Origin: Bacteroidales bacterium | GTDB lineage: Bacteria; Bacteroidota; Bacteroidia; Bacteroidales; WCHB1-69 | DNA: 64,000 nt | Direction: 5' to 3' | NCBI GenBank assembly: GCA_017994425.1 | Contig: JAGOKS010000002.1 | Span: 3,060-67,059, forward strand | Shown here: positions 47,347-59,300 of the stretch, piece after piece | Layout: each line of letters opens with the position of its first letter | Position numbering within the stretch: position 1 is the first letter of the stretch | Position numbers and translations under genes: made by a program | The notes under the pieces: generated by a model | Told to the model about the DNA's origin: nothing | The model's database searches: none | The model's input: the letters and a program-made list of their open reading frames with translations, nothing else

Positions 47347-50300
47347 CAAACGATAGTCGGCATTCAAAATTTTGATAGTATTATTAATTGGACAATTAGT
47401 CCAAGTGGTTCTTGGACAGCAAATACAGTATATAAGGTCAGCAATCCAAAATCTTTTCATGGTTTTGTTCCTAATCAATTAGGGGATTCTATGATGTTAA
47501 CAACCCCATTTTTTGATTGCACACAATATGCTTTTGTTTGGTTAAGTTTTACTCATATTTGTAAAATAGCAAGTAACGATATTGCTCAAATTGAAATGCA
47601 GGAAGATCTACCGGGTGCACAATGGCAAAAAATTCCGGCAAGTTGTTATTTAGGAAGTACACCAAGTGCCTATTTACAACAACGATTTAATCAAAATAGT
47701 TATGCTGATTGGCAACCGACGGATTCATTAGCAACGCCTAACAATTCATGGTGGAAAGAAGAACGTTTTGATATTTCAGCTGAGGCAGGTTGGGGCAGAG
47801 TTAGGTTTCGTTTTAAAATAAAAAGAGGAAATACCATAGGTACTCAATTTGCTTATGGATGGTTATTAGATAATTTCGAACTCCGAGGAGGCTCTCACGA
47901 GTTAGATCCTCCCACCTTAACTTTACTCGCTCCTATATATAAAGATACCGTTTATGGTGTTGGTCCTTTTGCCATTCGAGCCACAGTAGTTGATGCTGAA
48001 GATAGTTTGGTTAAATTAACATATACTATCAACAATGGTTCTCCAAATCAAGTAATTATGAATAAAGAAAATGCAACTGTGTTTTCAGCAATTATTCCGC
48101 AACAAATTTACGGCACGAACGTGTCTTATACTGTCAGAGCTGAAGATTCTGTTGGTAATTATATTACGGAATCACATTCTTTTATAAACATTAGGCATCC
48201 GAATAATCCCAATTATTTAAATGGTGCTGCAATGTATTCCGTTGATACGCCACATACAATGAAAGTTGTGGCAAACATCAGTCTTCCTGTGTACATTAAA
48301 ATTCAAAATACGGGATTAAATAACTTAACTTCGGCAACAATTTATTGGAGTGTAAACGGAGTTATGAAACCAAGCTATAATTGGTCGGGAGGTAATTTAC
48401 CGGTTGATTTTGCATCTGCTTCTTTTCATATTGGGAATTACACCCCAAGTTTAGGATATGATACTGTTGTTATTTGGGTTAAAAATCCTAATAGTGTTTA
48501 CGATAGTATTTCAAAAGATGATACTCTTTCCTTTATTACTTACGGGTGCAATACTATTTTTAACGGAAATTATACCATTAATGGTCCGAGTGGAAGTAGA
48601 AATTTTGCCAGTATTACAGCTGCATTAAATGAACTTTCTTATTGTGGAATGTCGGGTAATACTACATTTAAAATTTACAATGGGACATATAATGAGAATA
48701 TTACACTAACTTCTTCAATAGAAGGTATGGGTCAAAACGATACCATTACCTTTATCTCCTATTCGGGAATAACAGATAGTGTTATTATTGTATCAACTTC
48801 TACAGCTGTTTCACTTGGAAATATTAGAAATATCGTTTTTAAAAATATTACATTCAATGTTGTTAATGGAACACGGGGAATTAATTTCACCGGTCCATGT
48901 GAAAATATTGAAATAAATAGTTGTAAAATTAAATCCAATCCAAGCAGTACCTCTTCAGCAAATTCTTGCATTTACAAAGATTATGGAACAGGTATTTCAA
49001 ATGATATTCGTATTATTAACAATGTCTTAGATGGAGGTTATTATAATATTTATTTTTATGGAGGAACAAGCTCAACCATTCGAGCATCGAATATTATCTT
49101 CAATGGAAATACACTATCAAACGCATATTATTATGCAACCAATTTTTATTACGCTGATTTTAGTTCAATTACAAGTAATACTATTCGTTCCAGAACCACA
49201 AATCTGTCTACTTATTTTTATGGATTAAGGATGTATTATTGTGATGTGCCTAAAATTACAAAAAATAAAATCTACTATCCGGCTCCAATTACCTATGCAT
49301 ATGCAATGTACATTGGATATTGCAACAATGGGGCAAATACGAATCCGGTTATTATTTCCAACAACGAGATACGAATGAAATCTACAACAAATTCATACGG
49401 AATGTATGTTATTTCTTCAAAAATGGATATTTATCATAATTCCATACTGGCAATTGACGCTACAAATGCTACGAACATTGGTATTTTCATTTCCAGTGCT
49501 TCTTCTCTTAACGTTAAAAATAACAATTTAATTTGTACGGTTCCTATTTATTTTTCATCTATAGCATCTCTTGGAACAACTTGGTTTTTAAATTATAACA
49601 ATTATTATAGCCCATTAGCATATATAGGTTATGCCGGAGGTTTTATAACCAACATGAACACCTGGAGATCTACAACAGGTCAAGATGCAAATTCGATAAG
49701 TGTCTATCCTACTTTTATCGACACCTCTATTAATCTTAAAACCAATGGAGGAAATATAGTTTGTAATTTCCTTTCCGCTGTACCAACAGATATCAACGAA
49801 GTAAGCAGAGGATTAATAACTACAATGGGTGCCTATCATGATTTTGTACTTCAAACAAATAATGTAATGCCTTTCCGTTTATATGCCCCTTCAAATTTAA
49901 CCATAGTTGGAGGGACAGATTCTGTCGTTGTTTCAGTAGCAAATATTGGTTCCAATACGGTAACTTCCATGAAAATAAATTGGCGAGTTAATGGTATTCA
50001 AATGACACAATATTCATGGACAGGCACATTATTAGCCGGAGATACTACACTCCCCATTAAATTAGGCAACTTTATTCCATTCCCCGGAGACAATGACATC
50101 ATTGTATATACTTCACTTCCTAATAATTCCGCTGATCAAGCGCCAATAAACGATACCATTAAAACAAGCACATATGGTTGTGACTCATTAATGATTGGAA
50201 CCTATACAGTTGGAACCGGAGGACATTTTGCGACCATAGAAGATGCATTGATTCGTTTAAAATATTGCGGTATTTCCGGTCCTGTTACTTTAGCGATGTT

Positions 50301-53300
50301 CCCCGGACTTTATGTCGAAAATATAGTTTTTGAAGACACTATTAGAGGAAGTGATTCTCTTAATACTGTTACTTTTACTTCAACTACCGGGATCCGTACA
50401 GATGTTATCATATATACCGCAAGAGACTCCGCTCAAGATGTTGGAACTATTGATTTGAAAAATGTTAAACATTTAGTTTTTAAAAACATCTCTGTCTACG
50501 GTCAACATAGAAGTCCAATGTATTATTCCAAAGCCGTGATGTTGCGAAATAACGTGAGTAATATAGAATTTGATAATTGTATTTTACTGATTCCTACTTT
50601 TGTATCTGCAACCAATATTCCCGGACAACTTTCTGTTGTATATAATCCTTCTGCCAATCAAATCAATAATATTCGTATTTTAAACTGCTACATTCATGGA
50701 GGATCGGCAGGAATATATTTAATGGGGAGTGGAGATAGAATCAATATTAAAAATAATAATATTGAAAATGTGGATAATTACGGTATTTATATGTATTATA
50801 CAAATTATAATGATATATCCGACAATTATATAGAACAACGTTACAGTGCTAATTTAACGCTAATTGATTTCTATGGAATGTATTTTTATCAATCTAACGG
50901 AAATTTCATTCGAAATAACAGAATTCGTTTACACCAAACGATTTATGGTATGTATTTATACTATAGCACTAAATTAGATTATTCTCATTTACTAATTTAT
51001 AATAACGAAATTATTGCACCGGTTACAGGTAATAATTACGGTTTTTATATGTCATCCGGATGTAATGACATTAAAATATTACATAATTCCATTTTGATGA
51101 ATGGAAACGGAGAAGGTAAATGTTTTTATGTCGGAGGCACTCTTACTAACAATATCTTAAAAAACAATAATTTCATTAATTTATCTTCTGATGCTTCCAG
51201 CACAAACAATCATGTTGTCTATTTCCCTAGCACTAATGCTGCTGCCGGATTTACAATGGATTATAATAATTATTATACGATAGGTTCCTATTTAGGTTAT
51301 GCCGGTAATAATATTACTAATTTAACCCTTTGGAAAACAGCATTGGGTAAAGATGGAAATTCCATGAGCATTAATCCTACATTCTTCAATGCACAAACAT
51401 TAGACATTGTTGATTATACAGGATTAAATTGTCCTCGTATTTCAGATGTTCTTGTTGATATTGATAGTACTACTCGAACTTCAAACACTACTGTTGGAGC
51501 ATATCATGGAGACCCTTATGCCTTAGACGTTATGCCTCGTACGATTACATCTCCCGGAAAAGTATCAAGTATAGGAGCTTTAACTCCTGTTACTGTTACT
51601 GTTCTGAACGTTGGTTCTGATACAGTTACTCAAATGAGTATAAATTGGGAAGTAAACGGAATTTTACAAACTCCCTATACATGGTCAGGCTTTTTACTCC
51701 CTAATGCTGTTACATCACCCATTACACTTGGAAGTTTTTACCCTCATGCAGGATATAACTCCATTATTGTTTACACATCTATGCCTAACGGTCAATTGGA
51801 TAATCTCTTAGCAAATGATACGCTTATTTATGAAACCTATGGTTGTGATTCCGGTTTTAATGGTACTTATACGGTAGGACTAGTTGGTGCTGACTTTACT
51901 TCTATTGATGCTGCCATTGAAGCTCTTTCAAACTGTGGTGTATATGGACCGACTACTATTGCCATTCAAGCCGGTACCTATCGCGGAAATATTATTATTC
52001 CGGCTATTCCCGGTACAAATACTACCAATACGGTTACTTTTACTTCTGCTGCTCAGGATTCAACAACCGTTGTGCTTCAAGGTAATTTAGCCACGGGAGT
52101 GATTATTCTTGACAATACTAATAATATAATAATAAGCCATTTAACGCTAGAGGGCATCCTATCTGGAAGTGCTTCCCGTTGCGTAGAATTAAAAAATAAA
52201 AACAGAAATATACTTATTACAAACAATTACATGCAAACATGTAACTCTGCTTACGCTTCCCCGGCAATTATGGCTGTTTATTCATCTTATTCGCAAGATA
52301 CAAACATAACTATTCGCAATAATTATATGTATGGAACGGGTGGTATTTGGATTGAATCAGGAAATTACGCTTCTTCTGCCAGTTATAATATTAAAATAGA
52401 AAATAATATTCTGGATCAATTTTATTATTATGGTATTTATTTATATCAATCGGGTATTACAAAAGTTCATAATAATAAACTCTATAAGAGTAATGTAACT
52501 CCTCAAGGATACGGATTATATATGTATTATTGCTATGGGGTTACTGATGAAATAACTTCAATCACATCAAATACCTTCATAGGAGGTTATTCCTATATAA
52601 CCTATTTATATTATAGTTTTAGTCATTGTGGTTCCTCAAATTCTGATATTGTATTTGCAAATAATGAATTAATTCAAACTGGGACAAGTGGTAACTATTT
52701 AATGTACCAATATTACGGTGGAAAATGGCAAAACATAAACAACAGTTTTATAAATATCGGAACCGTAACCTATATGATTCTCAAATATTCATCTTCAATA
52801 GAAAGTATAAATTTTTCGAATAATATAATTGCAAATTTAGGAACTTGTACTTATCCAATCTACTGTAACAATGTTACATCTACTTATATTGGAATTGTTG
52901 ATTATAATAATTATTGGAAAGGAAGTGCCAGCGATGTAGCTTATTGGGGAAATAGTGCTTATAGTAATTTAGCAACATGGAAAACAGCTTATACAAACAT
53001 AAATTCCAATTCTGTTGCCATTAATCCTATCTTTTTAGATTCAACTTTGAATGCTGTTCCATCCGTATGGACAAATCTACATTGTCCCATTAGTTCTTAT
53101 GCATTAACTGATATCCGAGGAATAAATCGAAGTCATTCTACACACATGGGATGTTATATTCCTATTTATGATTTAGATGCCGGCTTAAAAGAGTTTGTTA
53201 GTCCTGTCGGAAATTCAACAATAAATCTAACAAATATTTCTGTCAAACTGACCAATTGGGGTTATGACACCTTGCATAGTGCAACCATCCGCTGGAAAGT

Positions 53301-56300
53301 AAATAGTACCTTTGGAACACCTATAGTTTTATCAAATTTATCTTTGCTTCAATATAAGGATACAACCATACTCTTAGGAACATACTTACCTACGCTTGGC
53401 GTTGTAACAAATTTAATTGCTTGGGTTGAAAATCCTAACGGAAGTATAGATGAAAACATGTTTAATGATACGATTACAACTTCTTCTTTGGGATGTAACC
53501 GAATTTTAAACGGAAGTTACACTGTAGGGGGTGCTTCTGCTGATTTTAGCAATATTGCACAAATATTTCAGGAATTAACCACTTGTGGTATTTCCGGAAA
53601 TGTTACTTTTAATTTCAGAAGCGGCACTTACAACGAAAACATGGTATTTTCCGGTACTATACCGGGAATGACAAGTAATGATACCATCACTTTTACATCC
53701 ATTGCCGGAAATGCCGATAGCGTTATTATTCAATCTACTGCTACCGCTTTATCATTAGGAAATGTAAATAACTTGGTTTTTAATCATTTAACTTTTAATG
53801 TTAGCAATGGAATGTATGGTGTACTATTTAATAATCCTTGCGAAAACATAGAAATTAATCATTGTCATATAAAATCTAATCCAAATGGAAGTTCCTTTGC
53901 CGGTATTTATAAAACTACTTCTGCAGGAGTAGTTAATAATATCCGTATTTTAAACAATATTATTGATGGAGGTGGATATAATATTTATTTTTACGGTGGA
54001 ACCGGAACTTCAGAGTACGCCAATAATATCCGTATTGATGGAAATACGTTGAGTAATGCATACGAATATGGCTGTTATTTGTATTATACTAATTTTAAAA
54101 GCATTTCAAATAATACTATTATAGCCCGTTCAAGTAATATTTCTTCTTCCTATTATGGTATGTATATTTATTATTGCAATGCTACTTTAATCAATGGGAA
54201 TAAAATACATGTCATGACTTCTATTCCCAATGCTTTTGGTATTCAATCTTACTATTTAAATTATTTAAATGCCTCCGGTACAGGATTAATTTCCAATAAT
54301 GAATTAATGATTAATTCTTCTACTAATAATGGACATGGCATGTATATTTATTATAGTAAAGTAAATATCTACCACAATTCTATACATATCACTTCGAATT
54401 CTGCAGCAAGAGGTATTTATGCATACACTTCTACCACTTACCCAATAGCAATACGTCAAAATAATATCGGTTCGTTTTCATCCATGGTATACCCTATGTA
54501 TTTACCATCGCTTAATGGAATTACATTGAATTACAACAATTATTACGGATCATACATAGGATATGTCAATTCCGGTATTTCTAATATGGCATTATGGAAA
54601 ATGTTTACCGGTCAGGATGTAAATTCAACTAACATTGTTCCTACTTTTGTTAACATAAATACTCATTTAAAAACAGATGGTTTTGGATTAACCTGTAATC
54701 GAAATAACAATATTCTTTATGATATTACAGGCGCATCAAGAGGAATAATCACTACTGTTGGGGCTTATAACGACTTTATCATATTACCTTATAATATTAT
54801 GCCTAAAACATTGATTTCGCCTAATTTAAGCATTTCTACCGGGGTAAGCGATTCGATTATTGTTACCATTGCCAATATGGGAGCTAATATTATTACTTCT
54901 ATGAATATCCGATGGAAAATTAATGGAGGAGTTATACAAACACTTGCATGGTCAGGGAATTTAAATGTAATGGATGTAACTTCGCCAATATTTTTAGGTA
55001 CTTTTGTGCCTCTTTCAGGTGGCAATTCTCTGATTATTTATACAGATTCTCCTAATGGACAAAACGATAATGATATGTCTAATGACACTTTAACGATTGA
55101 AACCTATGGTTGCGATTCTGCATTAAATGGAATCTACACTGTAGGTGGTGCTTCCGCTGATTTTTCTACTATTTCCGAAGCTGTCAAAGCCATGGCATAT
55201 TGCGGTATTTCCGGTCCTACGACGCTCTCAATCAATGCAAATACATATTACGAGAATGTTATTATACCAAATATTCCGGGAACAAGTACTATAAATACCC
55301 TTACTATAACATCCGCTAATGGTGATTCTACTTCCGTTATCATTCAAAGCACCTCCGATAAAGCAGCCATTACTTTGACCAATTCAAATAATATCGTTAT
55401 TAAAAATATAACTATCAATGGTATTTTATCGGGTATGGCTTCACATTCTATTGAATTGAAAAACAGCAATAAAAATATTGTTATCCGAAATAATGTTATA
55501 AAAACTTCTTCGGATACAAGTTCCACAGAATCCATTACTGCAATCTATTCAAATAATTCTTTAGATACTTCACTTAAAATCATGAATAACTATTTCCTTG
55601 GTAGTGGTGGTATCTGGATACAATCACCCGCTTTATCAAGTAGCTCTTATGATATTAGTATCTCCAATAATATTATTAATCAGTTTTATTATTATGGTAT
55701 TTATTGCTCCTATTCCAACATATATACTATTTCCAATAACAAACTTTACAAAAAATCAAATCCCGGTGGCTATGGAATTTATCTGAATTATTCTAACGGT
55801 ATCCAATCGGACATCACTCGTATTACGAACAATACTGTAATTGGAAGCTTTACTACATTGGCTTACTTGAACTATTGTTATAGTAATCATGGAACTACTA
55901 TTTCTGATATTTTAATGGCTAACAATGAATTTATAAATACCGGCAATAGTGCTTATATAGTCTATCAATATTATGGAGGAAAATGGCAAAATATTAACAA
56001 CACCTTTGTCAATACTAATACAGGAAACGTTTCTTATATGATGTATAAATACTCAACAGTTACAAATGGCATTAACTTCATTAACAATCAATTTGTTAAT
56101 TTAGGTAGTTGTAATTATTTACTGTATGTGCCTACTCCTACTTATGTTGGAATTGTTGATTATAATAATTATTATACCATTGGAACAAATTTAGTATATT
56201 GGGGAACTACTTATGCTAATTTAAGTAATTGGCAAACTGCTTATCCTGTTTTAAATATTAATTCGGTGTCAATTAATCCTGCCTTTACAACTCCTGCTTC

Positions 56301-59300
56301 CAAAGCTATTCCTTCATCATGGGTAGGATTGATTTGTCCAAGAAATACCAACGTACTTCGTGATATCCAAGGTGTTATAAGAGGACAAAGCACTTATATG
56401 GGCTGTTATGTGCCTGTATTTTCTTTTGATGCCGGACTAGAATCTTTTGTTTCACCTTCAGAAAGTTCAATAGCCGGTACTTCAGTTCCTGTTAGTGTTA
56501 AATTAAGTAATGCAGGAAGTAATGTAATCTCGTCTATTATTATAAAATGGAAAGTAAATAATAACACCATGCCTCAAGTCAATGTAAGCGGTTTATCATT
56601 AGCTCAATATCAAGACACCACTATTTTATTAGGCACCTATATCCCGATTAATAATGTAACCGCACACATTGTTGCATGGATTGAAAATCCTAATGGGCTT
56701 GGAAATGATAACAACCAAGCAAACGATACCATTGATGTTAACTCTTTAGGATGTGCCCAGGTATTAAACGGCAGTTATACTGTTGGAAGTTCAAGTGCTG
56801 ATTTCGTTACACTTAGTGATGCATTTGATGTATTAAATACTTGTGGAGTATCTGGTCCTGTTGTGTTGAATGTTCTTCCAGGAAATTATGGCGCATTGAC
56901 TATCAACCAATCTTTTGTTGGAAGTAGTCCTATCAATACGGTAACCATTACTTCATCTACCGGAATTGCTTCCGATGTAATTTTCCAATCTACTGGAGTA
57001 GCATTAACTATTGGATATACCAGTGATTTTATTTTCAAAAATCTGACTTTTGATGCAAGCAATGGGACAAGAGCTGTCCAATTTAACAATGCCTGCGAAA
57101 ATATTGAAATTAATTCCTGTATTATTAAAGCTAATCCTACTACCTCAAACACAACATATGTCGGAATTTACAAAGCTACTTCCGGTGTAGTTAATAATAT
57201 TCGTATTGTAAATAACAGTATCGATGGAGGATATTATAACATTTATTTCTACGGTGGTTCAAGCAGTACTGATTATGGAACTAATGTTATAGTTAACGGA
57301 AATATTCTTACTAACGCCTATTATTACGGAGGCTGGTTCTACTATACTGATTTTAACAGTATTTCAAACAATACAGTAAGTGCTCGTATCGTTAACACCA
57401 GCAATTATTATTATGGATTTTACTTCTACTATTGCAATGTTGCATCTTTGCAAGGAAATAAAATTAAATGTACAAATAGTAATATTCCTTATCCTTATGG
57501 TATTTATGCAAATTATTTTAATTATAATAATACCAATACTCCCGGTCTGATTGCCAATAACGAAATCATATTATCTACAACCTCGACTACTGCCGGCATT
57601 TATGTTAGCTCTAGCAGAGTAAACATCATGCATAATTCTATTTTTATAGATGGATCCGGCGGAAACAGAAATGTTTACATCAACCCAACAGAAGGTTATT
57701 CAATTGTTGTTAAAAATAATAATTTTGTTTCTACTTCCGCCTCCGGATATGGATTATATATTTCAAATACAGCCTATTTAGGGACTTACTTATTTATGGA
57801 TTATAATAATTATTATACTGCATATATAGGTTATGCTTCAGGAAATATTAATAACCTTTCAACATGGCAACTATCCACCGGTCAAGATTTACATTCTGTA
57901 ACTATTTATCCTAAATTTATAGACTATACCAAAGATTTGAAGTTAATGGATTATATTGGATTAATGTGTCCCAGAGATAGTAATGTACTTATTGATTTGG
58001 AAAATAAATCTCGCACTTCTCTTACAATTATGGGAGCATATTCGGTTGCGTTGTATGAAGATTATGATTTAAGTGCCAGCTTCTTGGTTGAACCTATCAA
58101 TATTCCTGGAGCTTGTTATCCGGATTTGACATCCATAAAAGTAGCCTTATCCAATAATGGTATTTATCCTTTCAATTTTGCTTTAACTCCTTTACAGCTT
58201 CATGTTGAAATATCAGGAACAATTACCTTACAAAAAGATACTATCATTTCGGCAGGATCATTAAATGAAATGCTGCAAGATACTTTTGAAATTGCCAGTA
58301 TGATTCCTATGAATATTAATGGGGATTATCATATTACTGTTTGGTTGAGTTGTCCGATTGACTCTATACATTCGGATGACACATTACGTTACACTTATAA
58401 AGTAAATAAAATAAACCTTCCCTTTGATATTGATTTTAGCAATATACCTTCTACCATGAATTTCAATCAAATGATAGGTTCATTAAATTGGGTTGTTGCT
58501 TCTGGCAACGAAACCAATCCACCTTTAGCGCCGGTTTACGGAACAGGAAGACTTCGTTTTGCCTCTGAATCCGGAAAAGGATCCATGGCACAAGCTATTA
58601 CAGAACCCCTTGACTTACAAGGCACCTATAGTCCAAAATTAGAGTTTTGGTATGCACACGACAATCTTGCTTCCGATGCTCGTGATCAAATGAATGTATA
58701 TATCTCTGTTGATGGTGGGCTTACTTTTACCTCTTTGATTAATGTCTTCCGATATGATTCTGCCTTTACTACTCCCGGATGGAAATATTATCAAGTCGAT
58801 TTATCATCCTATACATCTTATTCTTGTGCTATTTTCTCCTTTGAAGCACAAAGTTACGGAGGAGGTAATCAAAATATTGACCGCATACGCATATCAGCAG
58901 CTCCGGATGTTAAAATTAGTAAAATTGATATTCCCGATTTGAAAAATTGTGATTTAACCAATAAAACTATCAAAGTAATTATCGAAAATAATACTTCACA
59001 AATATTTGATTTTACTGAAAATAATACCACTCTATCTGTATTGCTTACCGGTCCGGGAGGCTTAAATCAACCTTTTACATTTGCTTTAAATAGTAAAGTC
59101 CTCAATGGTGGAGATAAAGATACAATTATATTGGGAACTAATTTTAATTTCAGCACAACCGGCACCTATGTTGTTGATGCATATTTCAATACTATAGATA
59201 GTAACCGTTTGAATGATACTTTGAAACGCAATATTATAATTTTCCCTGATGCAGCCATTACTTATATCCGTGATGTTGACCCTAAGAATATAGGCGATAC

